Source: Narcine bancroftii (lineage: Eukaryota). From it: 64,000 nt of DNA. Within the stretch, counting starts at the first letter, position 1, and each line of letters begins with the position of its first letter. Positions 1 through 13,298 of the stretch are shown piece by piece. The DNA lies in contig NC_091477.1 of NCBI RefSeq assembly GCF_036971445.1, positions 4,712,001 through 4,776,000 of the forward strand. Reading direction: 5' to 3'. A program made the translations under genes and the position numbers. The notes under the pieces are model-generated. The model saw nothing but the letters and a program-made list of their open reading frames with translations. It was not told where the DNA came from and ran no database searches.

Positions 1-603
1 AATGAAGATGTTGCATTCTTGAGCTCCCCCCCCCCCCCACCGGTTTAATATTTACTTGATGTTTTGCAGCATTAGCGAATTAATTAATATACTGACACCA
101 AACATGACGAATGTTCTGTAAATTTTCGGTGAAATTACTGAATATGTATGGAGAAGACTTGGAAATAATTTCGGAGAATAAGGAGACAACTTACTTCAAC
201 CAACTTTTGCAAGTTCTTGTCGGGAGATATACATGAATTGAAACTGATGTTCTCGACAGAACTCTCAATGAAAACCCAACTGTAAAGTTTCACTTAAAAA
301 CATAACTTTAAATATATAATGAAATGTAAACCATTTATGCCCTGGGTTGATTGTCCCGACATTTTGATAATTGAACGATGAGTAGAATAAGAAGTTAAGT
401 AATCTAGTGATTCCCCCACCCCCATTCCAAATACAAGGTGCAGGATGAAAATATTCCTTTCATGTCATCAGTTTAAAGGGTGAGGTTTAGAGGAGGATTA
501 GGAAGAGATGTTTGCCTGGAGGGTCATTGGAAACGGGAATATGATATTTAAGACGTATCTTAAATTACTCCACCCAATGCTGGTCACTGCGATTTGTATA
601 GAC

Positions 604-984
604 CAGTAGTTTTAAAACTTTCCCCCAAAACTCACATCCCACTTTAAGTCATCCCTATGCCATCGGTGCTCTGTGATTAGTAAGGGTTGCTCAAGGTGGT
701 ATGTAAGAGGAAAGAAAAATAGGTTTGAAAATCACTGTTTTAATCGTACCTAATAAACTAGTTATTTGCCGGTTTCATAACTCCTAAGAAAATGGGCCAA
801 TGACAATTTTTCTCAAGCAAAATATTTCAGTAACAATTGAATCTAGAATAGTGATTCTCAACCTTCCCTTCCCACTCACATCCCACCTTAAGCAATCCCT
901 TACTCATCACAAATGGCATAGTGATTGTTTCAGGTGGAATGTGATGTTGGGGGAGGGAGGGGGGCGGGAGTTTGAAAACCACCG
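604..984. mobile_element. Composite non-autonomous hAT (Charlie-like) element: MITE unit + ~110-bp spacer + MITE unit
   Basis: Ends resemble CAGTGGTT(T/C)TCAA / TTGAAAACCACTG TIRs; the inner units are palindromic (ccaccttaag...cttaaggtgg); 8-bp flanks gtatagac / atatagag match 6/8; same structure at 4411 and 25185. Confidence 0.75.
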
Positions 985-1211
985 ATATAGAGGGACATTT
1001 GTCAAGTGAGCATTAACATAGTGGGACTAAGGACTTGTTGCAGTGTTGTCTGACTCTATGACATTTTGAGTGACCATTTTCCTCTAAGAAGTTGTGATTT
1101 TTGTCGCACACGAAAACTAGCTTAAATTCCAGATCGTTTCAAAATGTTATATTCACAGGATAGAGCTCTTTTGGAATTTGTGGATGAGAATTTCGCATAA
1201 GACAGGCATAC

Positions 1212-1441
1212 CTACACAGAACGCAGTAGCATTGCCTTCTGGCCCATGACCCCGTTCCGCCCAAATACTCTAATTATCCTGCAAACCCCGTACGTTTTGA
1301 ATGGCAGGAATAAACCGGAGCACGCGGAGGAAACCGATGCAGATAGAGAAAGAATGTGTAAACTCCTTACAGAGAGCGCGGAATTCAAACTCAGCTTGCT
1401 GGCGCTGTAACTGGGTTGAGCTAACCGCGACGCTAACCGTC
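1212..1441 (-). mobile_element. tRNA-derived SINE (V-SINE/HE1-like)
   Basis: The minus strand has A/B-box-like ggttagc...gtttgaattcc followed by the V-domain-like gtttcctccgcgtgctccggttt; homologous to 23866-24087. Confidence 0.65.
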
Positions 1442-2809
1442 TCACCATGGTATAAGATTCACAGCATCTGAATTCACAGCTAAGGGTATACTTCAAGATC
1501 TTGTTATGAGGAATAACAGGGTTTAAAATGGGCTCACAGGACAACAACGTGAGATTATTCTGAAAAATATACATGGTGCCCATGGGAGAAGTGAAGGCAT
1601 CGTCAACATGGAAATAATGTCAGGACAAAGTGTCCGAAAAGAAGTAGAAAGTGGAGACAAACACTAATTTGAGCGAGAGAAACTTGGGCCAGTGACGATA
1701 CAATTATCAAAAGAAGTATACAGTATCAGCCGCACCGTGTAAGGAAGCTGAAGTGGGGTGGGGGAGAAATTGAAGTTGGAATTCAATGGAAAAGAGTCGA
1801 ACTGGCAATTTGAAATAACCTAGAAGCAGAAGATTCGTCCTTCTAGATAATGATAGCAAAGACCATTAATGCGAACTGAAGAGGCGATAAAATAAGTTCA
1901 ATACGTATCAACAGCATCTGCAAAAGCTTGAGAGGTATTACCTTGAACCAAAGGAGATATCTAAGGGTGCATGTAGGTACGAGAAAGCTGTAAAATCGAC
2001 TAATTAACGATTTAATTAATAAACCGAATAAAATATTGATGCTAATTGAATTTAACTGAATAAATCCATATTATTTACATTTATTAACGTTTTCCATCGA
2101 GGAAGAATTTATTTATTTGAATTGAGGACATCAGTGACAGGTCTGCATTTATTTCCCATCCTTGAGAAGATGGTGGTGAGATGCATACTTAAACTTCTAT
2201 GGTCCTCTGGTGAAGGTACTCCCTCTGAACCTTTGCAGGATAGTTTCTAGAATAAAGTGAAGATGAGACAGGTCAACATATTTCCAAGTCAAGATGTTAA
2301 ACAACATGAAGACAAATATGCATGGTGTGGTTTACTGTCTTTTGGTTGCCGTCAGCATTTTTGGATGAAAAGTTCACAAGTTTGGGAATTGCTGTTAGAA
2401 TTCTCTTCTGGAGAAAGATTGAGCATGTTTGTCAGGAATTCATAGGAAATGAGACGAAACAAATATGATCTTATTGAGATACACGGGATTATGTTGGACC
2501 TTCTATTTATCTGGTTCTTCTGAAGGAATCAAGAATCAGGTGGTATAATTTCAGAATCAGGTGGCGGATATTTAAGACAGAAATAAAGATGAATTTCTTC
2601 TCTCAGACATGAATAACGTTGTGGAATTCTGCACTCCAGAGCGAGATGGAGTTTAAGTCATTCGATTTATTCAACGCTAACATTAACGGAACTTAGGAAT
2701 GGAACAGAAAATAAAAATTATGGAGAATAGGTAGAAATAGAATTCAGATCAAAATCAAATCAGCCCCGTTGGGACACAGGGTCACATGGTCTTGATTGCA
2801 TCCTGTTTT

Positions 2810-3245
2810 ATTTTGGAGAATTTTGCCAGGACTTGGGTGCTTGAAGTATAGGGAGAGATTCAATAAGTCGGGTCTTTCTTCCTTGGAGGGCACAGGATGA
2901 AAGGTGATCTCACAAAGTTATCTAAAAATTATTAGAGGAATAGATTGAGTCTTTTGTCCAAGTAGGGGATTCACTAACCAGTTGTCATAGGTTTAGGAGG
3001 AAGAGATTTAACAGGAACCTGAAGGGTATCTTTGTTTCACAGAGAGTGATGCGCATAAAATGAGCTACTGAAGGAGGTGGCTGACGCAAATTCTATTGCA
3101 AAGTTGAAGAAGACACAGGAACAAATGAGGTAGGGTGGGTTTGGAGGAATGTGGGCTAAACGCAAATAGGTCGGACAGTGAGGTTGGGGCATTTTAGTCG
3201 CACGAGCAAGTTGGCAAGAAGGGTCTGTTTCCATGTTGGATGACA
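2810..3245 (+). mobile_element. Degraded CR1-type LINE 3' end
   Basis: Contains ttgccaggact, ttttccttggag, ggtgatctc and ttcacagagagtg motifs shared with the other CR1 fragments in the window. Confidence 0.55.
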
Positions 3246-4410
3246 AAGAATCTATATCTCAGACTTCCTAAAAAAAATCGATCAATTTCTAGATGGAATA
3301 GCATCATGAAACCTATCTCCTCTATTACTCCCCAGCAATGCATCTCATGCACTAACAGTAAACAACGTAAAAGAAAACTCCACATAGTTTCAAGGGATAT
3401 GGCGCAACTTCAGGCATATTGGCCAAGATCAGTTAAGCAAAAACCAGAACGAATCACTTGGACCCAAGAGCCTGTTTCTGACTATGACCCTCCACGTACA
3501 TATTATGTCATCTGCAAATTCGTCAGTTATGCCGCCCCCGCGACATCAGTTAAAAAAACGTAAGAAAAATGCTTTCTGACTGCAAAGCCCCCAACAAACT
3601 CGATGGTAATCTTCGCTCTCGTGCGAAACCCAACGCTTCTTGTTCTTTACCGAATTTTCAAACGACACCCCTGTAACTGTTTAATTCCGCAGTCTTCACT
3701 TTGTTGACAAGCCTAATATGTGGCCCATCATCAATATCCACTGGAAGTCCATACCGACAGCACCTGCCTCATTTCAGCCATTGACCATTCTGATACTCAT
3801 CGAGTTATATAGGAATAATTACAGATAAATGCAGACGTTTCCTGATTTGTCCCGTTTGTCCACAAACCTGCTCATTCTATTACCTAACATTGCTTCTGGA
3901 ACTTTAGCCAGAGCCGAGATGCGGTTATTAGGATTAACTTTGGCCACTTCTATTAGACGAAACTTTGCAATTTTCCATTGCTCAGCCCCACTCAAGAACC
4001 TCCTGATATTGCAATGATTCTGGTCAGGAAATATGAACTATCTTTCTGTGCTTCTCCTGGCGATGTTTTGGGCGAGTACTGACCAAAACAATGGATGCTC
4101 GCCTCTGGTCAATGAGATTCACGTTTTCACCATCCTCCCCCAATTTCTTCCTTTTAGAAATACTGTACCTCTCTGATAAGAAATTCTAATCTTCCTGGCC
4201 ATTTTGGCGATGCTTTTCTTAATTTTACAAATCCGAATTCAATTTCCCACATTTTCTTTCATTTTAATAAGAGTAAAGCTGCAAGGAGTCTACCGTCCTA
4301 TATCCAAAGTTCGGCCTTCCATCGGAATTCTTTAGCATAATTAAATCCACATAGCTCACATCCACTTTCCCCCCAACCCATAAACGGCACAATGAATTAG
4401 CCAAAACATT

Positions 4411-4836
4411 CCGTGTTTTTCAAACTGCCTACCCCAACTCCATATTCCACCTTAAGCAATCTCTTTTGCCATTCTTCTTTCTTCTTCTTTGGCTTGGCTT
4501 CGCGGCAGGGGAAAATTTGTTGGTTGGGGTTGGGTGTTGGGTTTTTCCTCCTTTGTCTTTAGGGCTTACTTAAGGTGGTGTGTGAGTGGAAAGAAAAAGG
4601 TTTGGAAACCACTCTCTCAATCGTACCAAATTGACGCCTTATGTTCACGGTTTCATAACTCCAAAGGAAATGGACCAATGACAATTTTTCTCAAGTAAAA
4701 TATTTTAGTAACTATTGGGTCCAGAGTCTCAACCTTCCCTTCCTACTCACATACCACCTTAAGCAATCACAGAGCACTTGTGGCCTAGGGGTTACTGAAA
4801 GTGGGATGTGAGTTGGAGATAGTTTGAAAACCACTG
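4411..4836. mobile_element. Composite hAT MITE copy interrupted by an RTE 3' fragment
   Basis: Same units and spacer (ggtttcataactcc...ccaatgacaatttttctcaag) as 604-984; ends ttgaaaaccactg followed by atctagaa, an NTCTAGAN-like hAT target. Confidence 0.7.
4472..4560 (-). mobile_element. Short internally deleted RTE-LINE 3' end with (GAA)n tail
   Basis: Nearly identical to parts of 58940-58958 and 59058-59118, with about 100 bp missing between them. Confidence 0.8.
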
Positions 4837-5265
4837 ATCTAGAACTATACATCCCTTGTTCGGCAATTCAAGCTTTGGCTCTCTTCACAGAGGATTATTG
4901 ACAAAAAGTAATTGACAAATTATATTCTTGGAGAATATGCAAATGCTTGCCATTTTTTCATCACTTCTAAAATGTGCATCTTGTTTAGGCTACTTCAAAG
5001 ATCTCGTCGTATTTTGTCCTAACAGCTTTTAAAAGGGTTGAAATTTCAAATCGTTAATTCATTTGCTAAAATGTTACCGTTAAAAATTAGTTTAGAAATA
5101 ACAGGTTTATGGTAAATCAGGGGAATACTTTGCATCTGATGTTTGGAAAATTAAAGATCAATGATATTGTAAGGAATTAAGACAATGAAAAAATGAGTCT
5201 AATGCAGCTGGCCATATCAATGTTTATATATTTTAGTTGAACACCACAATTACAGGAACAGTCCT

Positions 5266-5362
5266 GCTTTAAGAACTGCAATCCGCAGTTATTGACAGAG
5301 GCTCGTTGTGTCGCCTTCAAGCAATAGGAGCCGACTTTCTGCGGGAGATCCATTGCCCCTCC
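5266..5362 (+). promoter_or_regulatory. Pcdh promoter module 1 (GCTTTAAGA / CSE-like CGCC / GCAAT / GATCCATTG / C-rich box)
   Basis: Aligns with conserved spacing to the modules upstream of four other paralogues; lies about 180-270 bp upstream of the ATG. Confidence 0.75.
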
Positions 5363-5540
5363 TCTTTCGATAACCTACCGAAAAAAGAATCAATTTCCAT
5401 TGCAGAACCAAGCTCTGAAGATAACCACAGACGACTCTGAGGAAATATTCGCTCGTAAGCATATGCTTCAAGGGATGTTGTTGCCGAGATCGTTATTGCA
5501 AGGATTTGGCAGATATAAAAAATAAACTGGCGCAGAGACA

Positions 5541-7901
5541 ATGGCGAATTCGCAGAACAACGCCTTGACGTTAAGGAGAGTGATTTTTATTTTCCTTGCT
5601 CACGCCTTGAACCTGGGATTTGGACAGATTCGCTACTCTATCCCAGAAGAAATGGAATATGGCTCTTCTGTTGGGAATATCGCTGAACATTTGGGGCTAA
5701 CTGCACGACAATTGTCAGCTCGAAAATGTCGCCTTGTCTTCGCAGAGGGAAGGCAGTATTTGGAGGTAAATTTAGGCACAGGCGTCTTATTTATCAACGA
5801 ACGAATAGATAGGGAGCAGATTTGTGCTCAAAGCTCTTCCTGTAAGCTCGCTTTCCAGATAATATTGGACAATCCCCTAGAAATGCACCGCGGTGAGGCC
5901 GAGATACTCGACATAAATGATAACTCACCCTCTTTCCCAGATAACGCCATTGTGTTGCAAATGGCCGAATCCATTGCACTAGGCTCCCGTTACCCACTAG
6001 AGAGCGCGCTCGATCCAGACGTGGGAACAAACGCGGTCACCGGGTATATGATCAGTGCAAATGGATATTTTGCATTGAAAGAGAACGTCAGAGAAGATAG
6101 TTCTAAAATAGCAGAGTTGTTGTTGGAGAAATCGTTAGACCGTGAAGATCAGACATCTTTCCAACTTGTATTAACAGCCATCGATGGCGGCAGGCCCCCG
6201 AGATCCGGGACAACTCAAATCACTATCAGGGTTCTGGACATCAACGATAACGCCCCCGTATTCGAGAATGAAGTATATCGGGCGAATCTGGAAGAAAACG
6301 CATCAGTGGGGACCTTAGTGACTAAAATCAAAGCTGTCGATTTGGATCAAGGAACGAATGCTGAATTAAAATATTCGTTCTTTAAAGTTGTCCCAGAGAC
6401 AGTCCGTGAATTGTTCAATTTGGATCCTGAAAGTGGAGAGATTAAGGTACAAGGTCAGCTGGATTATGAAGGAGTAAAGAGTTATGAACTTGATGTCCAA
6501 GCGGTGGATAACGGTTCACCAGCCATCACAGGACATTCCAAAGTACTAATCAAATTGATCGATGTAAATGATAATGCCCCGGAGATCACACTGACCTCCT
6601 TGTCTGGTAAAGTCCCCGAGGATGCTGAGCCCGGGACAGTGGTAGCTCTGATGGATGTTACGGATCGCGATTCTGGAGAAAACGGGCAAGTTCACTGTCA
6701 CATTCCACTGGGACTTCCTTTTAAAATTCAATCTTCGACAGATCACCATTATAAAATAACTACCAGCCGTTTATTGGATCGGGAAACCATCCCAGGATTT
6801 CACATACCTATCATAGCTTGGGATTCGGGATCTCCTCCCCAGTCTACAAATAAAACCATCCAGATATCGGTATCTGATGTAAACGACAACACACCACGAT
6901 TTTCGCAATCCTCCTACACTCTATATGTGATGGAGAACAACGTTCCGGGCGCGTCTATATTCGCACTTACTGCATTCGATCCTGACCTAGACCAAAACTC
7001 CTACATTTTCTATTCCATCAAAGAAAATCGGAATTCTTTGGTGCCCACTTATCTCAGCATTAACTCGATGAACGGCACTATTTACGCCCAACATTCCTTC
7101 GACTACGAGGCGCTGAAAACCTTCCAGATCCAAGTCCAAGCCCGTGACGCTGGGATGCCCCCGCTGAGCAGCAGCGCGGCGGTAAACGTGATCATCCTGG
7201 ATCAAAATGACAACGCACCGGTTATTGCCTTGCCTTCAGGCCAGAGTGGATCAACAATTGTGGAGATGGTGTCCCAGTCAGCCGGTCAAGGATACTTGGT
7301 GACCAGGGTATTGGCAACTGATGCAGATTCCGGTCAGAATGCCCGGCTCTCCTACCAAATGGTTCAAGCAACCGATCCAACTCTATTCAGCGTGGGGCGG
7401 AATTCGGGCGAAATCAGGACATCGAGAAGCATTTTGGACCTGGATGATACCTCGCAAAGTCTGGTCGTTTTAGTGAAGGACAACGGACACCCGAGCCTGT
7501 CCAGTACAGCTACAATCCACGTGTCGATTTTGGGCAACGTCAGTGAGAAAATCTCTGAAACCAGCAATTTGCACAGTACCCCTGGATACTTCTCCGACAT
7601 AAATCTGTATTTAATTGTCACATTCGGATCCACTTCGGTTATATTCCTTCTTACTATAATCTTCTTGGTTGCATTAAAATGTAAGCAGGATGTGGGCGTT
7701 GTTTACGTTGATGGATGTCGAGTTTCCTGTTGCAAGGACACGAATGGTCCGGGCTCTGCGCCAAGGGATCACTTAAACTATACTGCCACTGGTCAGACAG
7801 CACCGTTCCATGACAGTTATCATTATTCGGTTTGCTTGTCACCGGAATCATCCAAAAGTGAATTTCTTTACCTGAAACCCTGCAATGCATCCTTAACCTA
7901 A
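5541..7901 (+). CDS. Clustered-type protocadherin gene 1 (signal peptide, EC1-EC6, TM, short cytoplasmic tail), 786 aa, single exon
   Basis: QIRYSIPEE start of EC1, EC1 Cys pair (CAQSSSC), DRE/DxNDN/AxDxG cadherin motifs, TM LYLIVTFG...FLVAL, tail YSVCLSPESSKSEFLYLKP; ATG in good context (acaATGg). Confidence 0.93.
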   Translation: MANSQNNALTLRRVIFIFLAHALNLGFGQIRYSIPEEMEYGSSVGNIAEHLGLTARQLSARKCRLVFAEGRQYLEVNLGTGVLFINERIDREQICAQSSSCKLAFQIILDNPLEMHRGEAEILDINDNSPSFPDNAIVLQMAESIALGSRYPLESALDPDVGTNAVTGYMISANGYFALKENVREDSSKIAELLLEKSLDREDQTSFQLVLTAIDGGRPPRSGTTQITIRVLDINDNAPVFENEVYRANLEENASVGTLVTKIKAVDLDQGTNAELKYSFFKVVPETVRELFNLDPESGEIKVQGQLDYEGVKSYELDVQAVDNGSPAITGHSKVLIKLIDVNDNAPEITLTSLSGKVPEDAEPGTVVALMDVTDRDSGENGQVHCHIPLGLPFKIQSSTDHHYKITTSRLLDRETIPGFHIPIIAWDSGSPPQSTNKTIQISVSDVNDNTPRFSQSSYTLYVMENNVPGASIFALTAFDPDLDQNSYIFYSIKENRNSLVPTYLSINSMNGTIYAQHSFDYEALKTFQIQVQARDAGMPPLSSSAAVNVIILDQNDNAPVIALPSGQSGSTIVEMVSQSAGQGYLVTRVLATDADSGQNARLSYQMVQATDPTLFSVGRNSGEIRTSRSILDLDDTSQSLVVLVKDNGHPSLSSTATIHVSILGNVSEKISETSNLHSTPGYFSDINLYLIVTFGSTSVIFLLTIIFLVALKCKQDVGVVYVDGCRVSCCKDTNGPGSAPRDHLNYTATGQTAPFHDSYHYSVCLSPESSKSEFLYLKPCNASLT
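5994..6008 (+). promoter_or_regulatory. Putative exonic CTCF site (eCBS-like) in EC2 of gene 1
   Basis: CCACTAGAGAGCGCG compared with CTCF core CCASYAGRKGGCRS; same codon position (F/Y-P-L-E-x-A) as the mammalian Pcdh-alpha exonic CBS. Confidence 0.5.
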
Positions 7902-9074
7902 ACCTATTGCTAAATCTCACCAAGCATTTTTATAAAATGCTCCGAAATTTGGCCAAGATACTACGCTCTTTCAAACATCGCTCCTTGTTTAATCTTTGGC
8001 GAAAAATGAGCAGGAATAAACGCGGCAGTGAGGCGATGGAAACAAAATAGCCACGAACAATTGTTCTAATATTATAACGGTCAGTAAATTTAGTAAGGTA
8101 TCTCGCTGAGTGACGGCTGACTATTCACCCTCGAATATGTTCGGTGGTAACAAGGTTGCTTCAGTCGTGATCCGAACATATTATCAACCAATGCCCAGTT
8201 TCCAATCATTAAGCGGCAAGGTTACAAAATGTAAATATTTTCATCCCCTGTTAAAAAGTCAATCGAACGTTTTGGTAAGGTCACATTGACTATATTGGAT
8301 TTTTTTTGCGATCTTCGTTTCCTTTAAGAGATTTTTGACGTAAAAATGAAGCTTTACATCTTGTTCGTCACCATAACATCGTTTCAGGAAGCAGAAGAAC
8401 ATTGTAAACTTTGTTGCTTTAATCAGATACATTATATTCTCTTGTACATTTTCCCTTGTCAACGCTAATGTTTGTGCCACATACAGTCCGTCCCTCCCCC
8501 ATATTCATCTGGCCCGATTAGCATATTTTAACATTTTTTTCTCTCTCTCGTGATAATCAATAATATTTGATTCAACTAATAGTGGCACAATCGTTAGGTG
8601 GAACTATTTCCTGAAATCTCTGTTGATTTATTGGTGACTGGTTGCAGTTAGACTCATGATTTTATTATAACGTTTTCTAATGGAAATATTCTTCCCATTA
8701 AGTTATCAAGTGAACTTCAACGGAACAATTTACCACCTTCCCAATTCGGCAACAGCCTCAGCATTTTGTATCAGTGTAGCCCTTTCTAAGACATGTTGTC
8801 TAGTCTGTGCCACCACTGTAAATATGATCTATCCAAGTTAATGTGGAATTTGAATGACATCTTCTCTGATTTCCAATTCTATTCCGCTGAAACTAGATCG
8901 CAGTGCATCGTGCATTGACTAATGTACAGTTATGCATCATTAGTTTTAACGATTTCCTTCATAAATTTGGCACAGAATGTCCATTCAAATGCTTAATTTT
9001 CAAGCAAAATAGGATTCCTATTTTTACAATCACAATGCACTGCTTACATGAATACACGCTAAATGATAGATAAT

Positions 9075-9770
9075 TGAGGAGTTCAATAGAACAAAGGGAT
9101 TTAGGAATTCTGGTGCATAATTCCCTGAAAGTGGAGTCACATATAGATAGGGTGATGAACAAAGCTTTTGGTATGTTGGGTTCATAAATCAGCGTATTGA
9201 GTACATGAGTTGGGATGTCATCTTGAAGTTGTTAAAGGCAACAGTGAAGCCAAATTTGGAATTTTGCGTGCAGTTTTGGTCGGCAATTTATAGGATGGAT
9301 ATCAACAATATATAGAGAGTGCAGAGAAGATTTACAAGAATGTTGCCTGGCTTTCAGGCGTTGAGTTACACGGGAACGTGAAATAGACTTTTTTCCCTCG
9401 ACCATAGAAGATTGAAGAGTGATTTGATAGAGGTATTTAAAATTATAAGCGGCGAAGATAGACTAAACATGGATAGGCGTTTGTGGGGGAGCATCAGACA
9501 AGAGGACATGGATTGAGATTGAAGGGGGAAAAGTATAGGGGAAACATGAGGGGGAATTTCTTCACTCAGAGGATGGTGGGAGGGTGGAATGAGTTTCCGG
9601 CCAAAGTGGTAGATGCAGGCTTGATTTTAATATTTAAGGAAAGGTTGGAATGTATATGGATGAGAGAGGTATGGAAGGTTATGGGCTACGTGCTGATCAG
9701 TGCGACTTGGTGGGAGAAGGTGTTCGGCCGAACTATCCCTTTTCTGTGCTGTAATTGTTACATGGTTATT
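9075..9770 (+). mobile_element. CR1-type LINE 3' part
   Basis: ORF 9483-9881 reads TRGHGLRLKG...NFFTQRMV..WN, the typical CR1 ORF2 C-terminus; RT C-terminal motifs lie upstream. Confidence 0.8.
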
Positions 9771-9814
9771 TGGAAATCACGCATCAATCCGACATATAAT
9801 TATAAAATCATGTT

Positions 9815-10835
9815 AACATGCAAGAGTTTGTGCCCTTCGAGCCCGCCCCACCATTCAATACGAGTACGCCTGATCATGTGAATTCAGTACCTTATTCTTG
9901 CTTCCTTTCCACACCCTTCATCCCTTTAGCCTCAAACGAATTATCCAACTCTATGTTAAATATATCAAAAATTAACTGCCCGCAACAACTTTCTCTGGTA
10001 GTGAATACCACAAATTCTCAACTTCACGAGTGAAGATGTTTCTCCTTATTTTGGTCTTAAGTGGCTTATCTCTTATCCTTAAACTCTGACACATTGTTTA
10101 GGATTTCCACCACGTCAAACACATTCTTCCTCCCTCTAATTTGCCCAGTCCTGCCAGAATGTTACGTGTCAATGAAATCCCCTCTCATTCCTCTGACTTT
10201 CAATGAGTTTAAAACCAAACTACCCAGACTTTCTTCATACGTCAATCATCGATCCGTTGAACATTGAATGGGCTTTCTCAATACCTAGAATGTCCTCCCT
10301 CTTCTCAGCAGTCCGAAACTGTGCACAGTACTCATCTGTGGCCTCATCAAGCCCTATAGAACTACAGATGGCCCTGCTTCCAGTTTCAAAACCTCCCGCA
10401 ATAACGGACCACATGCCATCTGCATTTTTCAGCACCTGATGTATGTGATATGCCATAAGCAAGGATCAGACTTGTATCAAACTATATCTTTTTATTAACA
10501 GAAGAAGCCACCTCTACTGACCAGTGGGCTAAGTTGCACCATCTATTATACCAGTAGGGTGGAGCCAATAACCAATAGCAAGCAGTCACCATAATACATC
10601 ACATCACTACAGTATGCGCCTCCCAACGTTCAATGATGGATTCACTATGACACCAGGGACTTGTCTCTTTTCTTCTCTTTTCCACATTTGTCAGTATTCA
10701 GATAATAATCTGTAAGTCTGTAATTCTGCATTATACCTTACCTGCTATGCATTTTCCCACTCTCCGAAATTGTTCATGTCGCCCATCTCCTCTTAGAATC
10801 TTCCTCACAGCTCTCACTGCCATGCAGCTTCGTCA
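9815..10835 (-). mobile_element. Degraded CR1-type LINE, interrupted by a short LTR-like insert
   Basis: The minus strand gives EYCAQF (CR1 LEYCVQFW-like) and CR1 3'-end motifs. Confidence 0.6.
10444..10611 (-). mobile_element. Probable short solo LTR
   Basis: TGT...CACTACA ends, GTAT repeated at both flanks, minus-strand AATAAA and TATAA-like motifs; interrupts the CR1 fragment. Confidence 0.4.
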
Positions 10836-11369
10836 CTGGCCTCGGTGAGTTCTTTCCCGGATATTATTAGGTAATTAGGACCCAATAGCTTTCAAATGCA
10901 TCGGATTCAACAGTCAAAGCACAAGGATCAACAAACAATTTAGAATCCATACTTTGATCTCTGACGTAATCACACACAAGATAACTTATTTAAAAAGTTA
11001 CTTTCAACCACATTAACATTGCCTACATTTCTTATTGCTTCTCAATTAACTTAGAGGATTGAATGCCCTTTTGAAATGCACAATAATTCTATTTTCCTTC
11101 CAGTTTTCCACTCCAGATGCTTTATAATAATATTAGCTAGAGAAGATGACATTTTACTGTATTGAGATTGGGATATCGAGGGCACATTTCACTAATCACG
11201 TTTAATGGCTCTTAATATATATAAAAAAACGGAAAGCATCTCCTGATCACCTAGTAACAACGAACTCGTTGACTCCGACAACTTATAAACATTGCACGTG
11301 ATATTCACGAGTGGCTTTGTGGATTAATTCAACTTGGATCAACGGTTTGTCTATCGAAGAGTCATTTAA

Positions 11370-11770
11370 AATCCTCTATTGTACCAGCTCCCACCACCAA
11401 GCTTGACAATGAATTCCAGGCACTCACTATTCTCTGCGTAAAAATCTTAACCCTGAAGTCTCCCCAAACGTTCTTTCCCTCAACTCAGAAAGATGCCCTC
11501 TGGTATTTGCGACTGTCACCCTGGAGAAGGGTTTTGGCTGTCCAGGTGATCTGCGCATCTCACAATCTTGTAGATCTCTATTTAGTCACCTCTCATCCTT
11601 CTTTGGTCCAAAGAGAGAAGTCCGAGCTCCATTAACCTTGCCTCATAAAACACATTGTCCAATCCAGGCCACACCCTGGTAAATCTATGCTCTCTCTCCA
11701 AAGCTTCCACATCCTTCCTGTAATGAGGTGATCAGAACTGGACTCAATTCCCAGTGTGATCTAATTAGAT
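11370..11770 (-). mobile_element. CR1-type LINE 3' fragment
   Basis: Reverse complement of CR1 motifs (tttttacgcagag, agaggtgac, ggattggacaatg); homologous to 36880-37295. Confidence 0.65.
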
Positions 11771-12125
11771 TTTGCAGTACTTTCTGGTATTTATATTGGA
11801 ATTCCAGAATATGCATTTTTTCATTGTTGTGGATGGAAAGTTATCTCCCTCCATTTCAATTGTAGTCATTCCCATTGTTTGGCCACAGTGAATCAGACCG
11901 ATGATATTCTATTTATAATAAAAATACGGCCCTTAACTCTATGATACGGCCCTTAACATTTAATTATACCCAGTAGCTCCATACTTGCGACAAATATTAG
12001 ATTAACTTCAGTTTACCTTATTAAAAAGATGTAATGAACAGACCTCAAATTATAATGTTAAGTTAGGTTGTTTCATTGCTTTCTCAGTCATTGCTTGAAC
12101 CCTGGTCTTTTCGAGGGGTCATGCG

Positions 12126-12287
12126 NNNNNNNNNNNNNNNNNNNNNNNNNNNNNNNNNNNNNNNNNNNNNNNNNNNNNNNNNNNNNNNNNNNNNNNNNNN
12201 NNNNNNNNNNNNNNNNNNNNNNNNNNNNNNNNNNNNNNNNNNNNNNNNNNNNNNNNNNNNNNNNNNNNNNNNNNNNNNNNNNNNNNN
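12126..12287. other. Assembly gap (N run)
   Basis: Run of n. Confidence 0.98.
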
Positions 12288-13010
12288 TAGGTTTTGGGGA
12301 GTCAATAGTGGGAGAGCAATTTACCCCATCTATAAAAGAAAGTTAAGGCAGTACGAATGGGATTTTGAAGCTGTAATAGTAATGATTTGATGGAACAGTT
12401 TTCTGTCTTTTTTTTTATTATTGCCAGTATCATTATATAGCAACTCTTCTTGTTTATTTATATACATTCAAATGGATTCTGTCTATGTTCCTTTTGGACC
12501 ATTCTAACTCTCTCAAAATGTTCTGTAGTTTCTTTTACCTGTGCTATCACACTCCCAATTTTTGCTTTAATCTTTTTATGCATAACTTGCATCCAAAAGT
12601 ATAATGTCTCACAATGGTATTTGTAATAAGAGAGGCTCTGTCCGATATATGTATGTCTACTGAAAAATGAGATATATATTGCATGTATGCATAAACATCC
12701 GAGGTCACGTTGTCTCCAATGGCTCAGCTGAGTTTCCATAACGTTGAGTTCTTGGAAAAAAATGGATAAATTGGAAATACGAAAATACATAAGTGATTAG
12801 CAAACACAGGATAAAGTCTTTGTATGAAAATATTTCTTACATATTTCTAGCAAATAGCCATGGTTTTGTTAATCAGAAAAACAAAGTAACTGTTGCAACT
12901 TATGTTTGGAAAAAAAAAACATTTTACTTAAAAGAACAATAGAGAAGAATACAATCATTTTTAAGTGTTTGCCAACATTTAATTGCACAATACAATTTGG
13001 AGAACAGTCT

Positions 13011-13110
13011 AGCTTTAAGAAATGCACTCTGCAGTGACTGACAAGGGCTCATTGTAACACCATCAACCAATAGGAACCCACTTTCAGCAGGAGATCTATT
13101 GTCCCTCCCC
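13011..13110 (+). promoter_or_regulatory. Pcdh promoter module 2 (CGCT box changed to CACC; CCAAT intact)
   Basis: agctttaaga 13011, tgcag 13030, cacc 13058, ccaat 13067, gatctattg 13093. Confidence 0.75.
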
Positions 13111-13298
13111 ATTGCAGACCGAGTTTCGATTCAGATTGCAGAATCAGGCTACGACGCTTCGAGTCTTTGTAAATTTTGAATGAAGAATTATCGTTCAAAG
13201 GATTTTATTGTCGAGACATGCTTGGAATATTTTGGCTGGTTTAAAAAAAAAACAATCTCGCCCAGGGAACAGTGAATTCGCATTGCAAGGCTGCACTG

